A DNA stretch of 64,000 nucleotides from Candidatus Poribacteria bacterium (GTDB taxonomy: Bacteria; Poribacteria; WGA-4E; PCPOR2b). Location: assembly GCA_022822785.1 (NCBI GenBank), contig JAJEAL010000134.1, forward strand, positions 75,349 through 139,348, read 5' to 3'. Below are positions 21,421 to 31,814 of this stretch, one piece after another. The translations under genes and the position numbers were made by a program. The notes under the pieces were generated by a model. That model worked only from the letters and a program-made list of their open reading frames with translations, searched no databases and was not told the origin of the DNA. Numbering within the stretch: position 1 is the first letter of the stretch; every line of letters begins with the position of its first letter.

Positions 21421-23445
21421 ATGACCTCAACCGAAAAGCAGGAAATTCCGTGGGGCGACATAGGGGAACCGTTGGCAGATTTGCTTCGGTATGAACGCGA
21501 AATCGGCTGCTACGAGCACGCAAGCTACGCTCTGCTGTCAACGGTTGTCCATGAGATGGCGGATTCGGCGTGGCGGCAATTCCTGTTGGCGGGGGATAAT
21601 TTTGCTGAAATAGTTGGGCAGGTCATCGCCATATCTGACAGGGAATCCAAAAATCCCAAGAAGGTTCTTGACGCAATTTGCGAATTGGTCAATGCCGCTT
21701 ACACCCGCACGCCAGAAAGCGCACGACAGTTCCTGAAAACGTACCTAAAGTACAGACCAAGTTTCCCGTATTCTATCCGAGAGGAGTTGGATGCGCTCTC
21801 AAAACAGGGAAAACGTCGGGTAGCGCTACGTGCGGCTGCTTTCGCAGCGGAGATGGAGCGTTTTCAACCGTTCCAGCCGTATAGTGAGATGGAAGAAGCG
21901 GTATGTGAACATTGGTACGAGCAGATTCTTCGAGGCGACGTAACCGCGCGCCAAGGACGCAGGGTACCTGCACAGATGCTCACCGCGAAAAAATGTTTGC
22001 TCAAGCATTGGCGTGAGGCTGAAGGGGATAGCCAGATTGAGGAGGAGGCAATATTCAACAGATATGCGGATGTTTTTAAGTCAACCAATATTTCGGCATT
22101 GACGGACGTTATCGTTGGCATGCGGCGTTTCCATCTGATACACGGTTTTCATGTCAAGTTTGATGTGAAAGAGATTGAACTTTTCCTGAAAAACTTTCCG
22201 AAGGCGGAGGTGTTAAACCGGTTTGAGAAGTTAGAGCGGTGGCTGGATAAATACCACAAGACAAATCACGATGGCACGATATTAACTCCTCCGCTGATCG
22301 ACTTTTTATCGAACGATTCGGACTTTGACTCCCTACTTGCTGAACTTGATCGATATAGAGCGGATACACGGAACGGGCGATTCGATATAAATAACATCTT
22401 GCAACGAGATCTTGAATTTAGACGCTTCGCTTATGAGTACACACGTGTTTTGGAGCCGCTCACCTATCAACTCCAGAATCGATACCCCGCCCCAAGATCT
22501 AACAAAGAGCTGTACCGATTATTCAACCAACTTGAACAACTACCGACGGTGGCCGCAGATCCACCCCGTTTGGGCGAGCAGCACCTCGCAGAAGTCCGTC
22601 GTACTGCATACGAAGCTGTGGAGTTTCTCAAGTTTTTGAGAGGGTTCCGAGCGCGTACTAGCAGGCATATTGTGGTAGTGGGGAATGATCGTTATGGACG
22701 GCAGTGGGTTGTCGAGCCTATTGAGGCGTATCTTAAAAAGCGCTTCACGCTTAGGTATGACCGCGTGCGTTCCGGCACTTCTACGAGACTGAGTGTGCCT
22801 TCGGCGTTCCCAAGGGAATTTGTCAAAGAGATCAGTGCACGGATGCCCCATATCGTGATTGTCGATGCCTCCCATGCGCCGCCGAGAAACAACGTGATGC
22901 AACTTTCCCGCGGCCTCCGAGGCTATGCCCACTGGTTCGCTGTATTCAACGACCTCCGCGCTGAAGGCAACCTTGCTGTATACCAAGATGAAAGTTCTCT
23001 GCCCACGTCGCATTTTCCCGAACTGATGAAATGGCACGAATACGTTGCGCGGAGAGAGCAGTTACGGGAATGGGTTTCGCCGGGCGAAACTTACCGGGTG
23101 ACGACTTGGGCACCAGAGTTGAGGGACACTGTGATACTGGGTGATATGGAGGTGAAGCGTTATCCTCCGGTATCTCATGAGGAGATAGGGGGCGATTTAC
23201 CAGCAGTGATTCTAGCAAATCCTATAATATACCGCACAGAGGGCGAGGACCTGCCAGATGCGCTTCGGGGGACCACACCGCGCCACTTCGATGACCCAGA
23301 AGCTCATGCAGTGGATAGGGTTGTGTTCGGATTTGGTTCCCACGGGTTTGAGACCCGACTTGAAGGGATGAGCACAGAGCAGTTTGTCCAGACAGCTCAG
23401 GGGCACATCAAGAGAGAGATTGATAGGCTGTTAGAGGAATCGTAA
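21421..23445 (+). CDS. Large hypothetical protein (674 aa), no recognised domain
   Basis: Long uninterrupted ORF, 6 bp after the preceding gene, coding-like composition. Confidence 0.5.
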   Translation: MTSTEKQEIPWGDIGEPLADLLRYEREIGCYEHASYALLSTVVHEMADSAWRQFLLAGDNFAEIVGQVIAISDRESKNPKKVLDAICELVNAAYTRTPESARQFLKTYLKYRPSFPYSIREELDALSKQGKRRVALRAAAFAAEMERFQPFQPYSEMEEAVCEHWYEQILRGDVTARQGRRVPAQMLTAKKCLLKHWREAEGDSQIEEEAIFNRYADVFKSTNISALTDVIVGMRRFHLIHGFHVKFDVKEIELFLKNFPKAEVLNRFEKLERWLDKYHKTNHDGTILTPPLIDFLSNDSDFDSLLAELDRYRADTRNGRFDINNILQRDLEFRRFAYEYTRVLEPLTYQLQNRYPAPRSNKELYRLFNQLEQLPTVAADPPRLGEQHLAEVRRTAYEAVEFLKFLRGFRARTSRHIVVVGNDRYGRQWVVEPIEAYLKKRFTLRYDRVRSGTSTRLSVPSAFPREFVKEISARMPHIVIVDASHAPPRNNVMQLSRGLRGYAHWFAVFNDLRAEGNLAVYQDESSLPTSHFPELMKWHEYVARREQLREWVSPGETYRVTTWAPELRDTVILGDMEVKRYPPVSHEEIGGDLPAVILANPIIYRTEGEDLPDALRGTTPRHFDDPEAHAVDRVVFGFGSHGFETRLEGMSTEQFVQTAQGHIKREIDRLLEES

Positions 23446-23473
23446 TCTTAACAATGATTTGGAGGAACCGATT

Positions 23474-24295
23474 ATGGCGAAAACAATTATCTCGGTAGCG
23501 GTGGTAGGATCGGGACCTACCAAGGAGATGAATCCGGCTGTACCGTATACACCTAAGGATATTGCACAAGCCGCGATTGAATCGAGTCGAGCGGGGGCAT
23601 CGATCGCACACATCCATGTCCGTGACCCTGAAACGGGAATTGTGTGTTCAAGGTTGGAGCTCTTCGCAGAGGTTGTGGATCGGATTCGCCAAGAAAGTGA
23701 CATCCTGATTAATCTCACAACGAGTGGGGGCAACATACCCGGAAAAAATATCATTGAGGAACGGCTTGAGCCTGTTACGTTAGAACCTGAAATCTGTTCC
23801 CTTGATGTCGGGTCACTGAACTTTGGAGAGCGCGTGTTTCTCAATCCGCCGGAGTGGGGACGAGCTGCGGCGCAACGGATGCGTGAGCGGGGGGTCAAGC
23901 CTGAAATTGAAGTCTTCGACGCGGGGCACATACGTCAGGCGATGCAGTTAATTGGCGAGGGACTGTTCGAGGATCCGCCGTTTATCCAATTGTGCATGGG
24001 CGCAGGTTGGGGTATCGAAGCGACGCCGGATAATATGCTGTTCATGAAGAACTTGTTGCCGCCCGATATCCCGTGGTCTGTTATGGGTGTTGGTCGAACC
24101 CAATTGCCGATGATTACGATGGGCATCATTCTAGGCGGTCATATCCGTGTCGGCTTTGAGGATAATATCTATCTTCGCAGAGGGGTACTGCTGAAAAGCA
24201 ACGCTCAGATGGTCGAGGTCGCTGTGAATTTGGTTCAGCAGCTACAAGGCGAAGTTGCTACACCGAGCGATGCACGTCAAATCCTTGGGATATAG
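23474..24295 (+). CDS. 3-keto-5-aminohexanoate cleavage enzyme family (BKACE/DUF849) beta-keto-acid cleavage enzyme
   Basis: [27 protein letters not shown]...[10 protein letters not shown] typical of DUF849. Confidence 0.75.
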   Translation: MAKTIISVAVVGSGPTKEMNPAVPYTPKDIAQAAIESSRAGASIAHIHVRDPETGIVCSRLELFAEVVDRIRQESDILINLTTSGGNIPGKNIIEERLEPVTLEPEICSLDVGSLNFGERVFLNPPEWGRAAAQRMRERGVKPEIEVFDAGHIRQAMQLIGEGLFEDPPFIQLCMGAGWGIEATPDNMLFMKNLLPPDIPWSVMGVGRTQLPMITMGIILGGHIRVGFEDNIYLRRGVLLKSNAQMVEVAVNLVQQLQGEVATPSDARQILGI

Positions 24296-24310
24296 ACTAA
24301 AACGTGAAGC

Positions 24311-25237
24311 GTGAGAAAGAAAAGAATCATTTGCGTCCATAGAAAGAGGTTTGTTCGTCTGATGTCACAGAAAAAGGGTTCACTGGATTTCCTAGAGGGG
24401 GTCACGGACGAGGTGGTTGAGTGGCGGATGCTCAACATGGACTCCGAGTTGGTCACAGCCAATCTGAGTCGCACAATCGGTCCTGGTATTCGTAGTACGC
24501 TCAGCCCTCACTGGACCTTTAACGCCAAACGCGGCGACGGTATTGTTCCGCTTAATAATATCCTGAGATTTGAGACCTTCGGTGTGCACTGTCCTTTGGG
24601 AACAAAGCTACAGCAGGAAACGCGGTTACGACTGGTGACGACGCGTGACGATAATGGGAAGTTGAAACGCGGTCACCTAGCGATGAACTGTGAATTGTTC
24701 AACAAAGACGCTGACTCTCGACTGCGAGTTGGACGTGCCGAATTTTGGATGGCGCTGACTCGTCCGCTAGCTCCACCGGGGCAACATAGACCGACCGACG
24801 TGCCGGAGGCGATCAGGTTCTTGGAGGAACATGAAGCGACCGAAAGTGATCTGGTCAGTCGGGGCATTGAGTCGTACCGTTGCCGGACAACTAACGGCGG
24901 ACAAGCCTTCCATGACACAATGCCGCTGGTTTTCCATATGGATCGCTCGGATATCTACCGTCACATTAATACGGCTGTGTATATGAACCAAGCACAGGAT
25001 TACTTAGCACTCCTGTATCACAAAGTCGGCGGAGATGCCGGGCGGCTGCGGTTCCGTGAAATCATGATCTATTTTCGCAAACCGTTCGTACCGGGACAGG
25101 CGGCAGAGGTGGAGTTGGACTTTGTCGAATACCCAGACCGTTTCCACGGTGCTGTCCGCTTCTACCATTCTGAGCGCGAAGGTGGTCGGAGTGAGCGGAT
25201 TTCTATGGCAATGGAGACGCGGGGCCCCCTACAGTGA
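24311..25237 (+). CDS. Hotdog-fold thioesterase-like protein (possibly double hotdog). The start may be the internal Met at about 24365.
   Basis: DIYRHINTAVYMNQAQD resembles the DxxGHVNNAxY thioesterase motif. Confidence 0.4.
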   Translation: MRKKRIICVHRKRFVRLMSQKKGSLDFLEGVTDEVVEWRMLNMDSELVTANLSRTIGPGIRSTLSPHWTFNAKRGDGIVPLNNILRFETFGVHCPLGTKLQQETRLRLVTTRDDNGKLKRGHLAMNCELFNKDADSRLRVGRAEFWMALTRPLAPPGQHRPTDVPEAIRFLEEHEATESDLVSRGIESYRCRTTNGGQAFHDTMPLVFHMDRSDIYRHINTAVYMNQAQDYLALLYHKVGGDAGRLRFREIMIYFRKPFVPGQAAEVELDFVEYPDRFHGAVRFYHSEREGGRSERISMAMETRGPLQ

Positions 25238-25278
25238 CAACCGGCTAGCGGTTGGTTTTAGATTGAGGAGGAGTGAGG

Positions 25279-26838
25279 ATGAAATACGACACAATTATCG
25301 TTGGAGCGGGTGCAGCTGGGGCAATACTTGCGACTCGACTCACGGAAGATTCGGGGCGATCTGTCCTGTTACTAGAGGCGGGTCCCGATTTCCCAGACTT
25401 TGAGCAACTTCCGGAAGAGATTAAGTACGGTTATGGACGAAACCGCAATATCTGGGCACGCGCTTTTGGTCGTCCGACCAAATTCGGTTGGGGTTACACC
25501 GCCCGCGCTACTGACAGTGTTCCCAACATGTTTGTCCCGCGCGGCAAGATAGTTGGTGGTTCAAGCGCGGTGAACGCGCAAATCTTCCTCCGTGGTGTGC
25601 CTGAAGACTACGACAGTTGGGCTGCTTTGGGCAACGACAAATGGAGTTACGAGGAGTTACTTCCTTGCTTTCGTAGAAATGAATCTGACCTCGACTATAG
25701 TGATTCCTATCACGGGAACACCGGACCTATCCGCGCTCGGCGGCATAGGTACGAGGAGTTGAACCCTGAACAGGCGGCTTTCTACGACGCTGCCCTGGCT
25801 GCTGGCTATCCGGATTGTCCTGACCACAACGACCCGGACTCTATGGGGGTGGGTCCACTTGCACTCAACAATCCGGATGGCATCCGCTGGAGCACGGCAA
25901 TCGGCTACCTAAACCCGGCGCGTCATCGTTTGAACCTCAGGGTTAAAGCGGACTGTTTGGTGCATCGTCTGCTCTTTGAGGGTAAACGGGCTGTCGGCGT
26001 CCGGGTGGAGAGCGACGGCGAGATGTTCGATGTCTATGGCGAGGAGGTCGTTCTGTGTGGCGGATCTATCGGTTCACCGCACATCCTCATGCTTTCGGGT
26101 ATCGGGCCCGCCGATCATCTCAAGGCAGTTGGTATTCCTGTGGTGGTTGATCTGCCGGGCGTTGGGCAGAACCTGAGAGACCATCCGCAGGTGTCGGTCA
26201 CTTTGAGGGTAAAGGAGGCGTTCCTGCCCAGTGGCATAGAGCCGCGACTTCAGATCGGGCTCCGGTACACGGCGGACGGCTCTGACCTTCGCAATGACAT
26301 GTTTCTCCTACCAACTGCTTTTGCTACGGAAGAGGGCTATCTTGTGGAATCGGACTCTGTGCCTTTAGGGTTTCTCATTGCTGCGTGTATATACCTCGCT
26401 GTCGGTTCGGGCGAAATCCGGCTCGCTTCTGCCGATCCGCATCAACAACCGGTCTTGGATTATAACTATCTAGCGGAATCCTTTGACCGTGAACGCCTGC
26501 GCGAATCTGTGCGTATCGCTATCGATCTGCTCGAACACGATGCGTTCAGGAAATTGGTTGCGGAACGGCTTGCGCCGACGGACGCTGATTTGGCGACGGA
26601 CAAGACCTTGGACGATTGGTTGCTGCGCCAAGTGACCACTAGTCACCACATCTCATCGACCTGCAAGATGGGACCGGATTCGGACCCGATGGCGGTGGTT
26701 GATCAGTACGGTAGGGTCTACGGTGTTGAGGGGCTGCGGGTGGCGGACGCTTCGATTATGCCCGACTGCATCCGCGCCAATACTAACGTGACGACGATGG
26801 TCATTGGAGAGCGTATCTCGGACTTCATAATCGCGTGA
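25279..26838 (+). CDS. GMC-family (glucose-methanol-choline) FAD oxidoreductase
   Basis: MKYDTIIVGAGAAGAILATRL Rossmann N-terminus and GMC C-terminal motifs (GGSSAVNA, MGPDSDPMAVVD); ATG at 25279 preferred over GTG 25273. Confidence 0.85.
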   Translation: MKYDTIIVGAGAAGAILATRLTEDSGRSVLLLEAGPDFPDFEQLPEEIKYGYGRNRNIWARAFGRPTKFGWGYTARATDSVPNMFVPRGKIVGGSSAVNAQIFLRGVPEDYDSWAALGNDKWSYEELLPCFRRNESDLDYSDSYHGNTGPIRARRHRYEELNPEQAAFYDAALAAGYPDCPDHNDPDSMGVGPLALNNPDGIRWSTAIGYLNPARHRLNLRVKADCLVHRLLFEGKRAVGVRVESDGEMFDVYGEEVVLCGGSIGSPHILMLSGIGPADHLKAVGIPVVVDLPGVGQNLRDHPQVSVTLRVKEAFLPSGIEPRLQIGLRYTADGSDLRNDMFLLPTAFATEEGYLVESDSVPLGFLIAACIYLAVGSGEIRLASADPHQQPVLDYNYLAESFDRERLRESVRIAIDLLEHDAFRKLVAERLAPTDADLATDKTLDDWLLRQVTTSHHISSTCKMGPDSDPMAVVDQYGRVYGVEGLRVADASIMPDCIRANTNVTTMVIGERISDFIIA

Positions 26839-26868
26839 CAAACCACTTTCTTTTTTTGCTCATCTAAA

Positions 26869-26933
26869 AAGAAAGTGCAAAGTACGAAGAGAAACCGAGT
26901 TTTGAAGAAAAAACTCGGTTTCTTTGCACTAAA
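26869..26933. terminator. Bidirectional rho-independent terminator between convergent genes
   Basis: Perfect 13-bp inverted repeat GAAACCGAGTTTT-gaagaaa-AAAACTCGGTTTC, extended by TGCAAAG/CTTTGCA and flanked by A/T runs. Confidence 0.6.
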
Positions 26934-26961
26934 TCTTAACATGAGCCCCATTTTTGATGCG

Positions 26962-27981
26962 TTAAGGAATTGAAGGGATTGGATAGCCTCCAATCCTTCG
27001 GTGGTTGTACGAGTTAGACTTAATTTCGCCCCAACGTGTTGGAACCACCCCTTGTGGTGTGACCGGCAACCGTGAATCCCATTCGTGGGGACCGAGATCG
27101 TCTTGGGGGTGATTGGTCAACTGGGTGAGCTGCCCGTCCTGAAGGCGGAAACGATATATCTCCCAGTTATTGCCATCCTTTCTAAAGGTTACCGCCCGAT
27201 TTCTGCCGGCAAACAGAATCGACTCCCCATCGGTGGACCAGATTTCGCTTGTCATATCCCACCGTGGCAATCGTAACGGCTCACGCTTGACCACCTCCCG
27301 CCGCCCCGTTGGGTGGAGTGTGGCAATCACCGTCACCGACTTATTTGAATCAAAGCCGACGGTTTCTACATACACCACCTTTTTCCCATCCGGCGACCAG
27401 CCGCCCAAAAGCATTCCTGTATTCGGCTTCGGTTGAGAGACCCGCCACATGCCTCTGCCGTTGGGTTGGATCGCATAAATCTGACGACCTTGGTCAATAT
27501 CTCCCTCAAAGAGAATCTGTTTCCCATCCGGCGACCATTGTGGGTTCGTGGCAAACTTCAGGCGTGTTATCTGCTTCACATTGCTCCCATCGGCGTCCAT
27601 CACGAAAATATTGAGTCGATGATTTTCATCGGCGTTCCGATTGCTACGAAACGCAATCTGACTTCCGTCAGGCGACCAGTAGGGAACACCATCAGATGCG
27701 GGATGACGAGTCAGGTTGCGTTGATTGCTTCCATCGGCGTCCATCACATATACTTCCCAATTTCCATCACGTTTACTACGGAACGCAATCTGTTGTCCGT
27801 TGGGCGACCAAACAGGCGCGGAATCACTCGTCTCATTGAACGTCAGGCGCCTTTGGTTGCTCCCGTCGGAGTTCATCGTGTAGATTTCAGTATTTCCGTC
27901 CCGATGGGAATAAAAGACAATTTTGCCCTGAAGGGGGCTCGTGACGAGCCAAAGGCTCGCCACAAGCATAGCAATCCGCAT
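26962..27981 (-). CDS. Secreted PD40 / TolB-like beta-propeller repeat protein
   Basis: Signal peptide [19 protein letters not shown]. Repeated ~45-aa units ([26 protein letters not shown]). Confidence 0.7.
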   Translation of the reverse strand: MRIAMLVASLWLVTSPLQGKIVFYSHRDGNTEIYTMNSDGSNQRRLTFNETSDSAPVWSPNGQQIAFRSKRDGNWEVYVMDADGSNQRNLTRHPASDGVPYWSPDGSQIAFRSNRNADENHRLNIFVMDADGSNVKQITRLKFATNPQWSPDGKQILFEGDIDQGRQIYAIQPNGRGMWRVSQPKPNTGMLLGGWSPDGKKVVYVETVGFDSNKSVTVIATLHPTGRREVVKREPLRLPRWDMTSEIWSTDGESILFAGRNRAVTFRKDGNNWEIYRFRLQDGQLTQLTNHPQDDLGPHEWDSRLPVTPQGVVPTRWGEIKSNSYNHRRIGGYPIPSIP

Positions 27982-27991
27982 CGTACCTCCT

Positions 27992-28252
27992 TTATTCTAT
28001 TACAATGTCCAAAAACTCAGTGACTTTAAGTTCTGCTTTGCCCGGCACCTTGACCAGCTTACCACCTTTACGGATTTCAAGGCGTGTATACCCCTCAAGT
28101 TCATAATCGTTGTCCGGGTCCAAACCATAGACACTTGCACCGAGTCCTTGACTCTTGCCATCCCATTCGTACTGTTGTGTTATTTTCTTCCCTGTTTTTA
28201 GGACCTTAGTCTCTCTGACGATTGTGTGGTTAGGAATGCGTTGGCATTCCAT
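27992..28252 (-). CDS. Hypothetical 86-aa protein, co-directional with the PD40 protein
   Basis: ORF only; 10-bp gap to the downstream gene. Confidence 0.3.
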   Translation of the reverse strand: MECQRIPNHTIVRETKVLKTGKKITQQYEWDGKSQGLGASVYGLDPDNDYELEGYTRLEIRKGGKLVKVPGKAELKVTEFLDIVIE

Positions 28253-28723
28253 TGGGTGAGAACCATCAACTCTGCAATTCGCATATCCGATGGATATGTG
28301 GTTCTCTTTTTTACCAAGTATTCACAGTATTGATAATTTGGTTGCGCCTTATTTATCGCAGCGCAAAACTCATGCCAACATTTTGAATTATGTCAACGCT
28401 TCAGGCGTGGCGCGGGTTTGAAGGCTGGGCTGATATTTCGAAATGCCGGCAAAAGTCGGAAGCAGAACCGCCAAAATTGGCATTTGGTCAAAAACAGCGA
28501 TCTACCTCAATTTTCATCTGACAGTTTGTCGAAAACAGCGTTTTTTTGGGAAATAGCCTCGACATTTCGTCAAATTGAGACGTAATGTGCACTTCCTGCT
28601 GATTCAATAACGGTATGATACTCCAAACGTGGGAGTATGGGGCGGGCAAGTTGAGCGTAAGCGAAATCCCGATGGGGATGCCCAACCTACGGGGGCGTTA
28701 TGCTTTGATACACCTCGGTTGTT

Positions 28724-29943
28724 CTAGCATTTCGTTTTCAGGTTATCCCGTTGCCGTGAGGTTTCCGGCACCAGCCATAGGAAAATCGCTACCGCCATAT
28801 ACCCAACTCCTGCTAGAGCCACAGCGGAAAGCCCCAATCCCGACACATCTGCAATCTCACCGACGATCCAAGGTCCCGTTGCGTGACCGACATCACCGAT
28901 GAGTCGCCAGACTGCAAGGAACTCCCCCGTGCCTTCCCGTGGGGCAAGGTCTGCCCCCGTTGTCATCATTGTGCCGGAACCGAGTCCGTTGCCAAGTCCC
29001 ATCACAATGCCTGCAATCAGTAGGGTTAGGTAACTGCCTGTGAAGGGCACCATTGCCATCCCCGTTGCGAAAATGAAGAAGCAGGGAACGATGGCGTATC
29101 TCCTGCCGAACCGATCCATAATGAATCCCGCCACCGGAAACATCACCATATCGATGAATGAGGAGAGGCTGAAGATTAATCCGACGGTCTGACGGTCTAG
29201 CCCGATAACATCGCGTCCATAGAGGATAATAATAATGCGCCGCCCCGCTCGGAGGGTTTGGACGCAGATTTGCCCCATTCCAGCCGTGAGTAATGCGCGA
29301 TAGTGTGTCTTCAATATGTCGATAAACTGTTTCAGGTGTAACCGACGGGGACCGACTGCCGAAGAACGTCTTGTTTCGTGGATGAAGAAGAGGCAGAACA
29401 GGAAATTGACCCCCATAATCGCTGCACAGGCAAAAAATGGCGCACTCAAACCGTAATGTTTACCGATGAAGCCACCGATGGCGGGTCCCAAGAAAGTGCC
29501 AATTCGACTGACTCCGCCGAATAGTGCGAGCGATCTACCGCGTTCGGGGACTGGGACAGCATCCGTCAGATAGGTATATCGTGCAATGGTCCATAGGGCA
29601 CTGCCGATGCCCGCGATCAGTTGGTAGATAAGCAGCTCAAGGACAGTATGGGCAAGTCCAACGCCGAGGGTAGATAGTCCCACCACAGCGGCGCCGATTA
29701 ACATTGACGATTTACGGCCTGTCCGTTCAATCAAGATGCCAGCAGGCACATCCGCAATCAAGACGCCAACGCCTTGCATACCGAGGGCTAACCCCATCAA
29801 GCTGTAAGAGGGATTAAAAGATTTTGCGTATTCGGGTAAGATTGGGATGAGGATACCGCTACCGACGGAGAGCAGAAAAGCAGGAAAATAGATTGGCAGG
29901 ATGAGCGATCGCCGCGTGAACGGTTGCTCTGGTAAGTTCTGCA
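28724..29943 (-). CDS. MFS transporter. Start placed at MQNLPEQP to avoid overlap with the next gene.
   Basis: 12-TM-like hydrophobic periodicity; the ORF-table start at 30064 overlaps the MetE-like gene by 107 nt. Confidence 0.7.
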
Positions 29944-29957
29944 TGGTCGCGTTTTCG

Positions 29958-31025
29958 CTATCCGTACCTTTCGCGAAGAATTTCCGCTGCTTTTGCTTCG
30001 TTTTTGAGTTTCTGATATGCTTCGTCGATAGGGATTTCGGCGGCGCTGCCGGGCGCAAATCCACAATCTGGGTTCAGGGTGATACGTTCGGGAGGCAGAT
30101 GCCGAAGCGCACGTTCAACCCGGGCGACAATCTCTTCAGGTGTGTCAATGTGTTCGGCCCGACAATCGACGCAGCCGAGTCCAACGCTTTTATCTTCGGG
30201 GATCTCCTTCAACACCGCAAGATCGCCGGCAACTGGAATGGTGAACTCCATCAGGTATTGATCGACTTTGAGCCGCTTTAGGTGGGGCAAGATTGGCTCA
30301 TATCCCCCTTCGCCGATCCAGCCGTCACGCCCTTTATTACGTCGGCAGAGGTGAATGGCAATCTGAATTCCGTTGACACCATCAATAATCTGGTTCAACA
30401 GATCGACGCACACATCCATCTCGCGTTCAGGATTTTCATAACCTGCTCTAACAGACTCATCGACAAAGAGACACAGATGGGGATCATCAAACTGGGCAAC
30501 TGCCGCCCCTGCCTCCCTGATGGCGATAAGTTCATTCCGCAAAATATCGACGAGATCGTACATGAACTCCTCGCGTGTCGGGTAGGCATCGCGCGATTTT
30601 TCTGGGTCCCACATCCGTTGTCCCAATAGATATGGGGAGGGGAGACACACCTTTGTCAGTCGATCGGTGTGCTGCCTCAGAAATGCGGTCTCTGCTGCGA
30701 TAACCCCCGGCTGCTTGAGGCGTATTTTATCGACAGCGGTTGTCCAGTGCAGCCCGTCGCGCATACTCAGCTCGAATCCGCTTGCGATGTCTGCAATCAC
30801 ACCGATATAGGAGCGTCGCCGCCATTCGCCATCGGAGATGATGTCGATCCCAGCGGCTTCCTGCACGGCGATGATATATTGCACAGCGGCGTCCATTTCT
30901 TTTTGCATTTCGGCTTCGGAGTGTTGAGGCTCATTTTCTAGTGCAAGCAGATCGCGGACGAAATCAGACCGTGGCATACTGCCCACGACGGTGGTTGGGA
31001 ATAGCGGAAGTTTTTGATTTGACAT
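29958..31025 (-). CDS. Cobalamin-independent methionine synthase family, single-domain (core-MetE / UROD-MetE-like)
   Basis: 355 aa, PTTVVGSMPR N-terminal motif, C-terminal Zn-ligand-like region. Confidence 0.7.
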   Translation of the reverse strand: MSNQKLPLFPTTVVGSMPRSDFVRDLLALENEPQHSEAEMQKEMDAAVQYIIAVQEAAGIDIISDGEWRRRSYIGVIADIASGFELSMRDGLHWTTAVDKIRLKQPGVIAAETAFLRQHTDRLTKVCLPSPYLLGQRMWDPEKSRDAYPTREEFMYDLVDILRNELIAIREAGAAVAQFDDPHLCLFVDESVRAGYENPEREMDVCVDLLNQIIDGVNGIQIAIHLCRRNKGRDGWIGEGGYEPILPHLKRLKVDQYLMEFTIPVAGDLAVLKEIPEDKSVGLGCVDCRAEHIDTPEEIVARVERALRHLPPERITLNPDCGFAPGSAAEIPIDEAYQKLKNEAKAAEILRERYG

Positions 31026-31240
31026 AGAAGATAGAACCCACTACAGAGACGCGGAGACGCAGAGTTGATGGATGGAAGATTCGAAGCAGGGAAGATTGGG
31101 GGAGCGTGCGTCTGTCGGAGCGAGTGTTTGATTCGCCTCCACACCCCCACGCCTCCTCACTCCCTTGCCCCCTCGCTTCTTCCTCTCTTTTCTCTGTGTC
31201 TCTGCGTTAAGATAGAATTAATATAACATGCTTTGTGCCG

Positions 31241-31774
31241 TCATGAGAGCGCATTCTCATAGCCGGCGTAGGTTGCATCGTCAAAGAGAACGAAACGCAC
31301 CTCTTCGATCCCATCGTGTCCTTCTAGGAATTCTTTCACCGCATTAAGAGCGGTGCCGGCTGCTTTGTCAATCGGGTAGCCGTAGATACCCGTGCTGATC
31401 GATGGGAACGCAATCGTCTTGATACGGTGTTCTAGCGCTAGACTTAAACTCTCCCGATAACAACTAGCGAGGAGTCTAGGTTCGCCGGCATTTCCGCCCC
31501 GCCAGATCGGTCCGACGGTATGGATAACATGGTTTGCGGCGAGATTACCCCCTGTTGTGATTACCGCACTCCCCGTGGGGCACCCGCCCTGTTCGGCGCG
31601 GATTTCATTGCATTCTTCCATAATCGCCGGTCCGCCGGCGCGGTGAATTGCGCCGTCAACACCGCCGCCGCCCATGAGTTGCTCATTTGCAGCGTTGACA
31701 ATCGCATCAACTTGTTCCTTTGTAATATCTCCTTGTACGAGGGTAAGTGTCCCTTGGCTAATTTTAATTTGCAT
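31241..31774 (-). CDS. Macro-domain protein (O-acetyl-ADP-ribose deacetylase, YmdB-like)
   Basis: 177 aa, LVQGDITKEQVDAIVNAANEQLMGGGGVDGAIHRAGG. Confidence 0.8.
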   Translation of the reverse strand: MQIKISQGTLTLVQGDITKEQVDAIVNAANEQLMGGGGVDGAIHRAGGPAIMEECNEIRAEQGGCPTGSAVITTGGNLAANHVIHTVGPIWRGGNAGEPRLLASCYRESLSLALEHRIKTIAFPSISTGIYGYPIDKAAGTALNAVKEFLEGHDGIEEVRFVLFDDATYAGYENALS

Positions 31775-31814
31775 AGATACCTCCGTTAACTCTCGTTTTC
31801 TCCTCGTTTCTGTA

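Noticed and set aside
28724-30064. Long form of the MFS ORF overlapping the MetE-like gene by 107 nt
   Set aside because: The N-terminal 40 residues are basic and non-membrane. The internal Met (MQNLPEQP, ~29943) gives a non-overlapping gene.
31241-31774. Macro-domain protein as the missing ThsA-like partner of the TIR genes
   Set aside because: It lies 28 kb away among housekeeping-type genes and has no TM region. It is a typical stand-alone YmdB-like deacetylase.
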